From Spirogloea muscicola (Eukaryota): 64,000 bases of DNA. Of the stretch, positions 23,991 to 37,839 are shown piece by piece (within the stretch, counting starts at the first letter, position 1; the number at the start of each line of letters is the position of its first letter). The notes under the pieces are model-generated. The model worked only from the letters and a program-made list of their open reading frames with translations. It did not search any database and was not told the DNA's origin. The position numbers and the translations under genes were made by a program. The stretch is taken from assembly GCA_009602725.1 (NCBI GenBank), contig WELB01000002.1:1968097-2032096 (forward strand), read 5' to 3'.

Positions 23991-26290
23991 GGAAGAGAAA
24001 GCGGCTGCTGATATGAAAGAATCGGCTGTGAAATGCCAGCCAGATGCATACAGGTGTTCATGACGGAGCCAAAGGCTAGGCAGACAGGGCGCCCTCAATA
24101 CCCCCGTGTCAGCAGTAAGAAGTCAGATGAGCTGAGGGGAGGAAGAGCAACCCCGCTGCGCAAGCCAGAGGCTGCTGCAAGGGCGCGACCAGCGCGGCGG
24201 TGCAAAGCAAGCGCTTGGGAGCGCTGCAGGGACATAGACAGTCGCATACGGTAGCAGGACACCAGACCCAAAGGCAGGTTGGAAGAGAGCGAGGGAACGA
24301 AGGCGGCGCCGCTGGTGACGTTGTGGGCGACGGGAAGGGAAGCTTGTCCACAACACGAGAAGGTGGCCAGGAAGAGGCCAGCCCAAGAAGAGTGGACGAA
24401 GGCAGAGAGGTAAGCCCCACACACGGGGCTCCCCCTCGCGCTTTCCGGCCCCTTCGGCCGCTTGTCACTTTCTTCTGGGCTGGCATGTCATTCCCCATGT
24501 TCATTCTGTATAGACAGAAAGTGGCTCTCCTAAAGGGGGCAAGGGCTGTGATCAGCCGTTCGACCAGAATCGACAAGGTCCGAAGAGCAAGCGCGGCCAG
24601 ATTAACTGGTGGCTGGGAGAGGCCAGCCCAAAAGAATGGACAAGGTCTGAAGGAGTCGGAGTGCTAAGGACTGAGACAGCAGTAAGCGAAGGGGCCAAAG
24701 AGGGATTTCTCAGCTTTCCCGGTAGGATGATCACTTAGTGACCTCTAGTGAGGAGCCGCAAATCAGCAGGACTAGCAGCCGGAAAGCATCTTGTATCGGC
24801 GGCCTTTTCACAGCCCTCTCCCCCCGGGTTGCTTGCCCAGGTGTTCCGCATTCGGCTATTCATTTTCTTCCAACGGTCCCGGGCTCACGCAGTGCCATTG
24901 CGGGCAGGCCGCGCTGTGGCTGCTACTTCAGAGCCTTATCAGGGCGACGTCTTTCCGCCTGCTAGCTATCAGATTTGCATCTACTGATTAGAGGTCACTG
25001 AGAGTCCGCTTGCTGCTGTCTCAGTCCTTAGCACTCCGGCTCCTTCAGACCTTGCCCATTCCATTGGGCTGGCCTCTTCCAGCCACCAGTTAATCTGGCC
25101 GCGCTTGCTCTATCGGGGTGCCTCTTTTCCACCTGCAAGTTACTCCGACTTGCGGCTGCTGACTTGGGGTCACTAAGCTCCCATTCGCTGTAGTAAGACT
25201 AGAGTCCCCCTTCAGTTGTGTTCTTCATTTTGTTAACTTAGCCCCTCTTATAGTTTTCATTGTTCCTTTACAACGGTGTACTGGCTTGCTTTGGCCTCCC
25301 TCTCATTTCATGCGCACCGCGCGCCTTCTCTCTCTCCAAGACTGGCCTTACTTCTCTGCTTTCAGGAGCTTCTTCTGCCCCCACTTGCCTAGGGCTTCGG
25401 GTTATGCAGCCCCCTTTCCGACCTTGGCCACCCTTTCATTAAGAAGTGGCTCTCCCAATAGGCGCAAGGGCTGTGAGAGGATGTGGCTCTACCACTGGAG
25501 GCAAGGGCTGTAAGAAGCCAGCCCGACAAGGATTGACAAGGGGCGAACTACGAAAGGGGCCAGCAGTGAAATTCTCAAACCAAGGGTAGGATGAATCACT
25601 CAATGGCCAAGAGCGAGGAGCCTCAAATCTGACAGACTAGCTAGCACCCTTTCGTGCGTCTCTATCTTCAGGCCCCTCCGTCATTGTGGCTTTAGGCCCA
25701 TCCGTCATTTGGCCCCCATTGTCTTTTCGGGCTGGCTTCTCGCAGAACAAAGTGCTCGCCCTGAGTGAAGGAGGGCTAGCAAAGCCAGCCCAAAAAAGAA
25801 TGGACAATGTCCAAATCCAAAGGAAAAGGTGCCGGAAAAGGACTACACTAACAAACACGAGATGATGCAGAGGGAAGCACAGTACCCGCGAGTGAGCAAC
25901 AGCAAGTCAGAGTAGCTCGCTGCAGGGAAAGAAAGAGGCACTCCGCCGAGACCCAGAGGCAGCACAGCCATAGCACGGCCTGCTCGCGTGTGGACGGCGT
26001 GGGCTAGGGAGCGTTGAAACGAGACCACCAGGCGCATGCGGAATTACTAGGCGAGAGAACCGGCGGCGTCGAAGCCGGGCCCACTGGCGTTGTTTCATGC
26101 ACACCGCGCGCGTTCATCTTTCCTAGGTGCACATGGCGAGCGCGGGGGAGCGGGAGCGAGGCTGCCCGCTGGCCGCCAAGTAGCTCCACTTTCGGCACTA
26201 GCCTTTGCCCGAACTCTCCCTCTCTGCGCCTGGGCAACGCAGTTGGCTTGGATTGGCCATCATTTCATTCCATGCGCGGGGGCGCGCGCG
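23991..26290. mobile_element. Stack of at least 10 CRE-like 3' fragments in the RabA/BTB divergent promoter
   Basis: ..RMRLSMSLQRSQALALH..LLTRGY* (24095-24424 -), ..FPPASYSDLRLLTWGH*, MRLVVSFQRSLAHAVHTRAGRA..SYSDLLLLTRGY (25843-26037 -), plus shared 3' UTR blocks. Confidence 0.85.
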
Positions 26291-26422
26291 CGCGTCTTCC
26301 CCCCCCGTCGCAGGTGATGGTATTTGCCGCCGTACTTTGGCAGCTCAGGCCCTCCATCCCTCACTAACACACCCCCTCCTCCGCGGCGGGGCCCCCCGCC
26401 GGCCCCGCCACCGCGCCGCCGC

Positions 26423-29400
26423 ATGCTGCGCCCGCTGCCTGCGGCGGCNGGGCGCCGCTGCGGCCACAAGCCCCCGGCCCCGGCCCGGCGGCCGCGTGCG
26501 CCTCAACATCGGCGGCACCGTCTTCGAGACCACGCGCTCGACGCTGGAGAGCCATGTGGCCCACCAGCAGTCCCTCTTCGGCGCCATGCTGCACCAGCAC
26601 TGGCAGGCAAGCCCTCTCAGCAGCTGGCCGTGCCCTTGGCCGGCAATGGGGGGCCTCCTGCCTCCGGACACCTCCTCGCAGACCGTTTACTTCAGCCGCG
26701 AAGAGCCGCGAAGCTGCGCTTTGCCCCTCGTTGTGCGGCAGGTGGGCCGGCTGCTGATGGAAGCACAGATTCAATCATTGAGGACCTCTAATGGTCACTC
26801 TTGGAGGCCTCTGATCTTCCTCGATGCTGGCAGCAAGAAACATGCGTCTAGGGCTCACGGCTCAGCCCTGCGTTTCGTAGCCGAGGGGCGGAGTGAGGGT
26901 GCTGCAGCACCTGTGTTCCTAGCTGTGCAGCATGAATCTGACAAGAGCCTTGTGCTCGCGCCGTGTGCTGGGCAGACTTGCAATTCAGAAGAGGAGTACT
27001 TCATTGACAGGGATCCGGACGTCTTTGGCGAGTTGCTGGCCTTTATGCGCACGGGCAGGCTGCGTCGGTCTGCCAGGGACTCTGTCGATCGAGAGGAGCT
27101 GCTCCTGGAGGCCGACTTCTATGGCCTGCTGCCTAGCATCCAGGTTCCCCGTGCACTCTTGACTCCAGTGTGTGACCAGAGAAGCGAGCTTTGCATACAG
27201 GAAAGATGTGTTGAGTAGCTGTCTCTGGCCGGGAAGCACCCTGGAAGAGGAGTCAGGCAGTCTAGGTCAAGAGGGCTCACTAGGTGCATCTTGCGATCAC
27301 TGCTGTTGGTCGTAGTCCCGTGTCAAGTTCATGAGTGGATGTCAGAACTCTGGTGCTACCTTTGCTTGCAGGCAGAGCTGGCCCCTGGGTCCCTAGATGG
27401 GAACGCCATGGAGAGAGTGCGTAACATCGTCCCAGGGGGCAGAGATGTGTGCTCAGCATCTGCTGCAGGGCCAGATGGCTCGCTGCACATTGCTCATGGC
27501 TCCAAAATCACCGCATATGATGCAAACCTCCAGCGAAGTAACACGCTTGTGACCGACCATCCTTCCATTGACCTCCTCCATCGCGTCTCAGGTGAATAAG
27601 AGATCGTGTTGTAAACAACAAAGTGGCTACCATCTCCAACCCTTGCCCAAGTCATTGATGTATGCACGATGCATGACTTCCTCTGCAGGCTTGCTAAGTC
27701 AGGCTTCGGTGCAGGATGCCTGCAGCGAATCCTGCAGCAAAGCGAAGTGTTGTCACATATGCGGCACTTGCCTATTCCCTCCTAACAAAGTCTTGTTACT
27801 CTCTAATTTCTAGATTGTTTGCTATTTGGAAGGGAACAGACAAGCACCTTGCTGCCGGTGGGAATAAGTGTGCAGGCCTGCATATATACAACACCAGTGA
27901 TGGCTATAAAGCAAAGAAAATTGTGTGGCAGTTTCAGCCTACCTCCAACCGTGTCGCCACACATGTACAGGCCCTCGCCAGCTCCACCGATCTTCTCTTC
28001 TCCTCCTTCGAGTCCAATTCCCAAAGCCAGAGGTACTGACAAGCTACCGATGGCTGTAGAAAAAGGTGTGCTTGGGTTCAGGGTTGTAGCTGTCGTATGG
28101 GCACAGGCCGTGCTTTGGCAGCATCTATCACTTGCCTGGTCGATCTCCCTTGCCTAATTTGGGTCCTGATTGCTCCCCTCTTGCGGTGGCTGTTGCAGTG
28201 CGCTTCTAGTACTAGACAAGAGCACTCTGCAGGTACATTATGAGCTGGAGAGACAAGGCGGCTCAGAACTTCTGTTGGCATCTCAGGCAGCTGTCAGGCT
28301 GCAGTGGCTGCCCATCCATGGCCTTTTGCTTACTGCGGCTGTGCGGCGACAAGTCCGTAATTCCGCCTCCTTCCATGATGGTTTCCTGCGATTGCACGAC
28401 CTTCGCAGTCGCGAGAAGGTCAATTGCCAACCACGTGTCAATTTGCATGCCTCAGACATGCTGCATGTGCTCAATGGGTGTCTGAGTGCAGGCGAGACAT
28501 AGCACTTTGAATGAAGCTCTAATTTGTGATGATTCCACTTTGATCTGCACATACAAACGGACCAATTATACTCCCTGTGTGCTGGATTTCGCACAGATCT
28601 GGGAATGGCAAGAACCTGGCATTATTGGTATCCAGGACTCATTCACAGACGTCGTTGCAAATGAGGATCTCAACCTCCTCTTTAAAATCTCAAAGTCATC
28701 TGGTGGGCTCAGGCATCTTGCAGCTCTTTCTGTGAGCCGCTCCTGAATACTCAGTGGCCAGCAGAGGCATGCTAGCCTCAGTACAGGACTGCAGCAGCTT
28801 CTCTGCTCACTCCAAACATAGCTTGGTTGTTGTGACTGCCCGACTATGGCTGTGCGACTGTGCTGATGAGCTGTCTTAAGGTCTCTCGTTGACAATGGGT
28901 CTACTTTGTTGTCGTGTCAGGCATGCTGGAGATCATTGATCTGCGAAAGATGCTAGCAATAGCAGCAGGAAACCCTCCTTCTCCTGGCCAAGGTGACTTC
29001 GCAGCTACTCTTCGTGCCAGAGCCCCCAAGGCCGCACATAGCTTTCCCACCTTTCTGCGGGTGACTTACATGCTACATGCTCCTTCGTGACATGCTGGAG
29101 CAGCGCCTGGGCAGAGTCGTTGGCGTGTCTTGCACTACCCTAATGCCGCCGCCCATCCAGTCACTGTACAGAGGTGAGCTCTTATTGAGGATGATCACGC
29201 AAGGGCAGGGAGCTTTTGCTGAGGTGCAGATGTTTTTGGTTGGGTCATCGCAGCTTTGCATTTGTTTTCCCAATACTTCACAGATTGTTAGCCAACCTAA
29301 GAAGACGTTCTGAGGACAGATGACATGCTGTTTGCTGATCTGCATTCTTTGGTGGGCTTGATGTTGGCAACCCCACAATTAGCCCCAAGCCTTCGCCGCA

Positions 29401-30019
29401 AGGCGTGAGGTTGTTGGCCTCCAATCGGCAGGTACTGTACTACAGTCGAGCCCAGTGACATTTGTCTGCATGTATGGAGACCTCTTGAGCCCTTATGATG
29501 CTGTAATGCAGGTGCTGTATTTTCTGGAATTAGTCATCGTGTATTTATCCTGTGTGCAATGAATACCTAAGCTGGGAGCCAGGAACATATAGCCCAAAAA
29601 GTATGAAAATATATGCTTTATATGCCTTGCACTCGTTCAATTGCAGTTCCTTGACAGTTTGATACCTGCTTTCCATGCAGGTCTTGGTTGGAAGGGGTGT
29701 AGACATCGAGGTGTGGGCTCCACCAGCTCTTGAACTCATGGAAGAGTCGGGTTACAATCTCAAAAAGAATTTCGCTGCTGGTAAGCGGAAGCTTTTTTTT
29801 GGGAGCACCAGCACTAGCACTGGTTGTTTGCTTTTCACAAAGCATGCTAGCCTGTGAACACAGGTCGACTTGTAGTTGATGGCAATGTCTTCCGTTCGTC
29901 TTGCAGCTGAAGATCTCGATGCCTTACCCATCTCCAACATGGAATTAGGAGGCCAACGACTCTTTGTCACAAGAGGTCTGTCTGCAGAAAAAATTATAGA
30001 AGTCTGGGAGACCACTTGA
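26423..30019 (+). CDS. BTB/POZ (KCTD/T1-type) domain protein with C-terminal beta-propeller-like region, plant type
   Basis: VRLNIGGTVFETTRSTL..SLFGAML, EYFIDRDPDVFGELLAFMRTGRL, LLLEADFYGLL, LHIAHGSKITAYD, last exon LGGQRLFVTR..IEVWETT*. The start is obscured by N at 26449. Confidence 0.85.
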
Positions 30020-30879
30020 GGTGCTGTACTTTTATGTAATATGGATTGTTGTGTCGTACTCCAAGCAGTGCAGAGGAGAGATGTACAGGGTGGTAAAAGA
30101 GCAGAACAATTGAAAGAGGGACCCACCATAGAAAGTAGGACATTTTGATAGCTACTTCGATACCTCTGGTCTGAGCAAGAGCCGAGTTGCGAAAGGTAAC
30201 TCTTGGATTGCCCAGCACAGAAAGTGCAATGCTGACATGCCTACTTAGTGACAACGAGCAAGTGAGTTGGGACCAGAAAATTGGCCACGCCCTGCACTGC
30301 AGTGCTACACTGTGCAGCGTTATGTACAGTGGTTGCTTCACTTATCAGGCTTCTACTCTGGGGATGTTGTCAAGCTATGGCGTGTTGCACAAAGAGGTTC
30401 AAAGTGAAAGCGTGGTAGCCAAGGTAGCCAAGGATTGAAAGTCAGCGGCGCAGTGGTCCTTGGAAACAGTCAACAGTCTTGGGAAGGATGGCTCCCTTGA
30501 AAAAGTTAAAACCTGGGAGGCGCACCTGTCAATTAGCTTCTCGCTAGTGACAAGAACATCACCTGTAACCTCCACGCCCGTTAGCTACTTGTCCTCCCTC
30601 ATCTTTTAAGTGGGTGAAGGTGTGACTACAGTAAGTCCAGTGAATCTTGACTTAAGATGCTGTCCATGACAATGATACACGGTTTCGGTGCATTCCCCCA
30701 CCTTGCTTGGAAGAGTACTAACAAATGGCCTTGTCCAGGGAACACATCGTTGCTCTTAGAGTAAGTATGCAGGGCATCAAGTGTAGGCGCGCATGTCTAG
30801 CTTCTCACAAGCCCAGAGAGACCTGAAGCAGCATCGTGAGTCCCCGGTGCTGTGCCGGATCGTTTGTATCAAATGACAA

Positions 30880-32645
30880 AGCTTCTTCGCCAGCAGCAAG
30901 GCAAGGCACTCGTCTTTGCCGTTCAACAGAGCTTCGCAACGCTATGGCCGTCGCGGCCGACTTATTCTCCCCGAAGCCATTCTTCTCAGGGGGCTTGTGG
31001 GCCATTGACCATCACTCTTGGAACCCAGAGTCCCCCTTCGGTTCTGTTTTCCGTTTACAAATTAGCCTCATTACATTTTTCTTTGTTCTTCTTACACACG
31101 GTGTGCTGGCTTGTTTTGGTCCATTTTGTTCTAGTCAATGCAGACCGCAACCCTTGAGGAGTAATTTCGTGCTTTTCGCACCTTCTGGCCCTGTCAAATT
31201 TTCTGAAGTCCAGAGGGCTGGCCGCTTACAGCCATTGCCTTAATTTGGAAAAGCTGTTGCCTCTCTCCCACACGAGAGGGCTCGCATCGCAAGATGCAAC
31301 GGATCCACTATTCTGTCCCTAGTGAGATGACAAGCCTCCTCAAGCATCCGTCAAGCCGCCAAGGCAGCCATCCGCCCACGACACCGTCGAATTTCGGCGC
31401 AGGCGAGATGCCCTTGGCCAGCCAGAAGAGAGAAGGCGTGGGCGGTGCGCACAGCAGGAAATAGAGAAAGACGCTTCCAGGAGAGGGCGGTGGCTGGGAG
31501 AGGCCAGCCCAGAGAAAGAATGAACGAAGGGAGGCCTAGCCGAGCCAATATCATGATCGTGCACGAGGCAATGGAGGTGCAGACATTGGGGCTAGACAAG
31601 CACCAAGAAGGGAGGGAGAAGGCGCGCGATGCGCATGAAAGAAAGGGAGGCCAAGCTTCGAGATACACCAAAGAAGCCCCAGTAAAGCTAGACCTTGGAA
31701 ACCACATCGCAGTACACTGTGCATGCGGAGGCATAGGAGATGAAACAATGAGGCAACACAGGGGAAGCCCTAGGCCAGGAGGGGCTGAGCTCAGGATTAG
31801 AGCGATAGCACGGGGGTGCATTCTAGCACCCACAAGAGCGAGGGCCAAAAGAAAGGCGCGCAGTGCGCTTGTGATGAAAGTGAGGGCAACCTGAGCCAAT
31901 GCACGAACTAAGCAAGAAGCCTCGGAAGTGTCAAGAGTGGGACAACATATAGCGGAAGAAGTGGCTCTCCCAATGGGGGCAAGGGCTGTGAGAAGCCAGC
32001 CCGAAAAGAATTGACAAGGTTCGAAGGGGCCAAACTACGAGCTAAGCAGCGACTGCGGGGCCTGAAGAGGCTATGGCAGAACGGGGGAGGATGGACCGCT
32101 TAGTAGCGGAAGCCTTAGGCTGAAGAATCAGGGCAAGGCTGGCTGTAGTACCCACGAGAAAGCACCAACAACACAGGCGAGCTAACTTGGTGCGCATGCC
32201 ACGAAACCATTGGCCTGGCTTAGTTTGCCGCCCATGGGGCTGAAAAGGGGCCAGGGCATGCGAGCGCAGCGAGAGCCGCATCCAGTATCAAGCGACCACT
32301 GCCTCCCGTATGCTGGTGTTGGCCAAGCTGCGAGAATTGCGGGGGGCATCAGCCTCCGAGCAACCGCCCACTTAGGCAGCGGTGCGGCAGAAGTCGAGAA
32401 AGAGCTCAATTATAAGGGGGGCGATGAAAGAAAGAATGTGGCTCTCCCAACTCGGCAAGTGGGAGCCGAAGGAGTGGAAGCCAGTGCGCTCATGCAGAGA
32501 AGACCGTATCGAGAGGGGGCCAGCCCGAAAGGGAATGGACGAGGGCCCAAGTGGCCGACGAAGCGCTTCACACATGAGAAGGGCGGGGCAGGCGAGAGCA
32601 GCACGAGTACGGCGAGGGCCAGCCCAGAGAGAGTGGACAAGGGCG
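30880..32645. mobile_element. Stack of CRE-like 3' fragments upstream of PsaL
   Basis: 31956-32105(-) is nearly identical to 92-240. AGAGTCCCCCTTC..GGTGTGCTGGCTTG block is shared with about 25200-25295. Several TTTCATGCGCA-type ends are present. Confidence 0.75.
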
Positions 32646-32713
32646 CCCGCAGCGCCAGGTGGCAGGCGCGAGGGCGCGGGGGGCGAGATCGGGGATGGCG
32701 CGCGCGCCGCCGC

Positions 32714-32740
32714 CATTGGCCGGCGGGGGCCGGGATAAGG
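32714..32740 (+). promoter_or_regulatory. Possible light-responsive promoter motifs of PsaL: inverted CCAAT and I-box GATAAGG
   Basis: ATTGG at 32715-32719 and GATAAGG at 32734-32740, just before the PsaL transit-peptide exon. These are short motifs and may be chance. Confidence 0.3.
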
Positions 32741-32798
32741 CGCGCCCCCCCCCGGCCAGACCAGACCTTCCACCCCCTCCCCCTCCTTCTTCCCCCGC

Positions 32799-34216
32799 TC
32801 CTGCCCAAGCTGCCGACTGCGCGCCGCCGGCCCCCGCCGCCTGGCCGTCCGCGCCGCCAGCCAGTCCGCCGCCACCGGCGAGAAGGTCCGGGCTCCGCCA
32901 ACCCTCTCCCTTCCTGCCTGCGCGCCTGCTCCTCCCCGTCCACGATCAGCAGCTGCGCCCGCCGTGGCTCCCCTGCCTGCGCCTGCATGGGCAGCAGCAG
33001 CTGCCGGCAGCTCGGTCCCCTGGCCCGCGAGCGCCTCTGAGCGGGCTGTCGTGAGACCGCCTGCCGTGCCCCCGGCATCTCAGACGCCGTGCCAATCACT
33101 GCGATGCTTCTCGAAGCCTCCAGTCGTGACATTCGTAGCTAGCACTGCAGACATGCAATGTATTACCTGCGGGAGACTACAGCAAGCAGCGACAGCCGTT
33201 ACTCACGGGGCCCAATGCCTGCACTTCCACGAACACCCAGGGTGGCTGTCATTGGAAGCATTGCTCGCAATGCCACTCCCCTCTGCTATGCTGGCTTGCC
33301 TAGCTCCCCGGCTGACTCTCCCCCGGGCGGCTTGCTGGGTGCACGCAGTATCAAGTTGTTGAGCCTCTGAATGGTGATCCCTTCATTGGCTCGTTGGAGA
33401 CACCTGTGACATCTGCCCCGATAGTCGCGTGGTACCTCTCCAACCTCCCCGGCTACAGGACTGCCGTGTCTCCACTTCTCCGGGGAGTGGAGATTGGGCT
33501 TGCCCATGGCTACTTGCTTGTGGGTCCCTTTGCCCTTACTGGCCCCCTTCGCAACACCGAAATCCACGGTGCTGCGGGCACTCTGGGAGCTGCCGGTGAG
33601 TGACTTGGCACGCCCCTGCAGTGTTCTTCTTATTCGTTGGGGCAAGTAGTGGCGTCAAGGCAATGCAGGTTGTCTTCAGAGGAGAGTTTACACCGCAGCA
33701 CCAAATAGTGGGAAGCAGTCAGGGAGTGCAGCCCTGGCGCAGTGTTGACCTCGGCTGCACCTCTTGTAGCCCTGAGGATGTCAATGCACATGCTCGGTCG
33801 CTTGATCATGCTTTGGTCTTAACGATCTACTGCTATGTGCACATTGTGTTGTACCCAGGTCTTGTGGTCATTCTGTCCATCTGCTTGACCATCTACGGTA
33901 TTGCGAGCTTCAAGGAGGGTGCGCCATCCACTGGATCCAGCCTCACTCTCTCTGGCCGCACAAAGGAGGCCGATAAGCTCCAGGTACTTGGTCACTCTCA
34001 TAGATTGACAGTGGCATGATAGACTGCATCCTCACGTGGTCTCTTGTGCTGACTGCATCAAGATGCTCACTCAGCAATTGATCAGTGCTGCCTTGTCCAC
34101 AGACGTCGCAGGGCTGGGCCAGCTTTGCCGGTGGCTTCTTCTTTGGTGGCCTTTCTGGAGCTGCCTGGGCATACATCCTTCTGTATGTTCTCGACCTTCC
34201 GTACCCTGTGAAATAG
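32799..34216 (+). CDS. PSAL: Photosystem I reaction centre subunit XI (PsaL), nuclear-encoded; start codon not visible
   Basis: Transit end [23 protein letters not shown] | [67 protein letters not shown] | [18 protein letters not shown] | [26 protein letters not shown]. Confidence 0.95.
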
Positions 34217-36249
34217 GCGTTTTCCCGATCAGGCAGTGGCTTGAGGCAGGTGGCGGGGGCCTGATGACATCGGAGAAGGATTCTCCCCCTCCCCCCCCTT
34301 TGATGCTCTCAGCCCTGTATATACAACTGGATTCTTTCAGAATGCGAGCGCTTTGCACTTCGCCTCAGCAGCATGATGACCAGCTCTCAGTACTCATGGT
34401 GGTGGTCTCAGTCACGGTCAAATTTGTGGCAGTTTGCGAGAGCCTCTGGCCTGTGTTGTGAAAGTACTTGCTTTGCCCACCCTGGATAGGCCTTCTTGAG
34501 ATTCTAGATAGAGAGGTCGAGCTATGGAAAGGCACACACTTGTACTCTCCAGGACAATCCGCTTAGCTTGTACTGGATTTGCTTCAATCTGAAGGGTAGG
34601 AGTGTACTTTGTACACACAACCGATTCCAGAGAGTCAGGGTGCAAGGAGAACCTTAGGTCCTTGCAGATGACAGTCAATTCCGCAGACTTACAAGCCGCA
34701 GAGAAAAGCATCTTATTGGCCTGCGCAAGTGGAATGAAATCTGTGTAGGTGTGTCTGCCTTTGAAATGATGACCTTTCCGCTTTCATGCTGGCATAAGAT
34801 ACTTCTGAGGTGCACAGTGAAAAGGTAACACCAGAACTTTGATAAACATGAGTCTACCATGTTGGGACTCGTTGAAGAGGCACGAGAGCATGTATACCCA
34901 GACTGGGCATTAGTATGTAGTGGTGGCTAGCTAGTAAGGCTATCAGTCAATTCGCTCAAATCGTGACAACAAGCCACATCATGATGCCCTCAAGGGAACA
35001 AAAGCAACACATCTTTTAGGCTTATTTGGCACTATGATTGGCTACACTTCGACCTGCCAACTGTTTCGCACTGGTAAATGGTTACCACCTTACTCGTGCA
35101 GCTCGTGATTGTCCAGCTATGTGTGAAGTTTGTATCACCAAGCCCACAAGGTGGCCAGTCAAAATGTGTGGCATGCAATATTGCCAGGCTGAATGTTGCG
35201 TCGTCATGACACATGTATATGAATGGCAGACTTGCTAGTGGGTATGTGCAAGCACTAGTGGAAGCACTTCGGCCATAACCTTAGCTACCAAGTCACTGCG
35301 AGATGGAGCTTTGCACCTTGTGACCAGTTAGTCATGTTCACAAAGTGGTATGTTTACAGCCATCTGTGTCAAGCAACAAAACACGGTTTCTACTTCATGG
35401 GAACCCAGTGCATACATTGCTAGCGCGTTCTAGAATGCATTTGCACAATATGTTGGCAATGATTGAAGGAGCCCAAGCCTGATCCCAGCATGTTCGATAA
35501 TCAAATAGCAGTGGATGGAAGAAGTGTGGCCTTACGAGGTCAATGTGGACGTGGAGGATCCGAACGCAGAACCACAGCACCAAGACTTCTTCAGCGTGGT
35601 CTTCATGCTCGCAACTGTCTTTAAGAACCTCGGATTTGAATGATCCTTTATGGTGCAGTACTCCATGGAGTTGCCCAAGGCACAGTAGTAATGATTGCAG
35701 ACTTTTGACTCACTCGAAACTTGAACGTCACACTAAGTAGAGAGTCCTCATGTGGAGAGATAGTAATGATACACATGGCTTTACAGCCAGTCAGGACATC
35801 GTTCCCTGTGCAGCCCCTGACTCCTAAGTGAGAGGTCAGCTCACCTTCTACACCCATCATGCCTCGTCAACTCGGAAAATCATTAACAGCACATTGGACA
35901 GTCACACCGAGGAGAGCAGCCCAAACAGTTCTCAAGGCAGGAGAGCAGCCTTTAACGCTCTTTTACTATATGTGAAGGTTATACACCGTAATTCTGAAAC
36001 GGACGAGCTCTCATTATCTGCTATGGGCTTGAGAGCCTGTCACTACAGCCGATCCTTACAGCAGCAAGGCTTTGCCGTCATCTCGAGCTTCTATGTCCAG
36101 TCTAGTATCAGCAAGCGCTTCTGCCACTGGGAGATGGCTCTGAAGTAGGAGAAGATGAGTTGACCACGATTTGAGCTCCATTGCCAAAACCGGGCTGAGG
36201 CAATAAGGTCCTGTGTGCACGCTTTTGATGAGTACTCGGGAAGAAGAGT

Positions 36250-37017
36250 AGGAAGAGGACAAGCTTCACGTAGCGAGGCGATGGCTGTGAAACGCTGCGG
36301 GAAAGAAGAAAGAGGGGAGGGCTCGCTCATAGAAAAAGAGGGGCCAGCCCAGAAAAGAACGGACATTGTCCGCAGGCCTCAAAAGGCCACAAAAGGCCAC
36401 AAAAGAACTCTTCCGGCAGAGAGAGAGAGAGAGGAGGCGCACGGTGCGCATGAAATTGAAAGGGAGGCAAATTCTAGCCTTACATATGTCCTGTTACCTG
36501 GGTAATGAGCTGGCTAGGGGGAGGGCTCGCCCATAGAAAAAGAGGGGCTAGCAAAGCCAGCCCAGAAAAGAATGGACATTGTCCGCAGGCAGCAAAAGGC
36601 CACGAAACAGTGCCAGGAATGACAAACTACACACCAAGACACGAAATGATGCAGATGGATGCACAGGAACCACGAGTGAGCAACAGCAAGGCAGAATACC
36701 AGTGTCCCCCTAGGGGGGACACTAATCCCAATGGGGGCAAGGGCTGTGAGAAGCCAGCCCGAAAAGAATTGACAAGGTTCGAAGAGAGAAGGGCTCGCCC
36801 ATTGAGGATAGGGGCTGGAAAAAGCCAGCCCAGAAAAGAATGAACAAAGGACGAGAAGGGGCCAGGGGAAGTACGAAGAACAACAAGCACAGAAAAGAAA
36901 CGAAGCAGCTACGAAGCACTCAGTAACCCCTGCTAAGCAGCCTCAGGTCAGAGAGACTGGGTTCCTGGAAGCGGGTCCCCTGGCCAGAGCCAGAGGCAGC
37001 AGCGAGGGCTCTGCCTG
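36250..37017 (-). mobile_element. Head-to-tail stack of CRE-like 3' fragments upstream of the SAAL1-like gene, running into a gap
   Basis: 36784-37017 matches 19040-19278, 36725-36780 matches the ACTTCTTC-type end, and 36420-36520 matches 3720-3812 and 20230-20325. Confidence 0.8.
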
Positions 37018-37839
37018 NNNNNNNNNNNNNNNNNNNNNNNNNNNNNNNNNNNNNNNNNNNNNNNNNNNNNNNNNNNNNNNNNNNNNNNNNNNNNNNNNNN
37101 NNNNNNNNNNNNNNNNNNNNNNNNNNNNNNNNNNNNNNNNNNNNNNNNNNNNNNNNNNNNNNNNNNNNNNNNNNNNNNNNNNNNNNNNNNNNNNNNNNNN
37201 NNNNNNNNNNNNNNNNNNNNNNNNNNNNNNNNNNNNNNNNNNNNNNNNNNNNNNNNNNNNNNNNNNNNNNNNNNNNNNNNNNNNNNNNNNNNNNNNNNNN
37301 NNNNNNNNNNNNNNNNNNNNNNNNNNNNNNNNNNNNNNNNNNNNNNNNNNNNNNNNNNNNNNNNNNNNNNNNNNNNNNNNNNNNNNNNNNNNNNNNNNNN
37401 NNNNNNNNNNNNNNNNNNNNNNNNNNNNNNNNNNNNNNNNNNNNNNNNNNNNNNNNNNNNNNNNNNNNNNNNNNNNNNNNNNNNNNNNNNNNNNNNNNNN
37501 NNNNNNNNNNNNNNNNNNNNNNNNNNNNNNNNNNNNNNNNNNNNNNNNNNNNNNNNNNNNNNNNNNNNNNNNNNNNNNNNNNNNNNNNNNNNNNNNNNNN
37601 NNNNNNNNNNNNNNNNNNNNNNNNNNNNNNNNNNNNNNNNNNNNNNNNNNNNNNNNNNNNNNNNNNNNNNNNNNNNNNNNNNNNNNNNNNNNNNNNNNNN
37701 NNNNNNNNNNNNNNNNNNNNNNNNNNNNNNNNNNNNNNNNNNNNNNNNNNNNNNNNNNNNNNNNNNNNNNNNNNNNNNNNNNNNNNNNNNNNNNNNNNNN
37801 NNNNNNNNNNNNNNNNNNNNNNNNNNNNNNNNNNNNNNN
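37018..37839. other. Assembly gap (N run)
   Basis: Continuous n characters. Confidence 1.

Noticed and set aside
32055..32095. CTGAAGA..GAA as a hammerhead ribozyme core in the repeat's antisense strand
   Set aside because: No GAAA and no convincing stems I-III.
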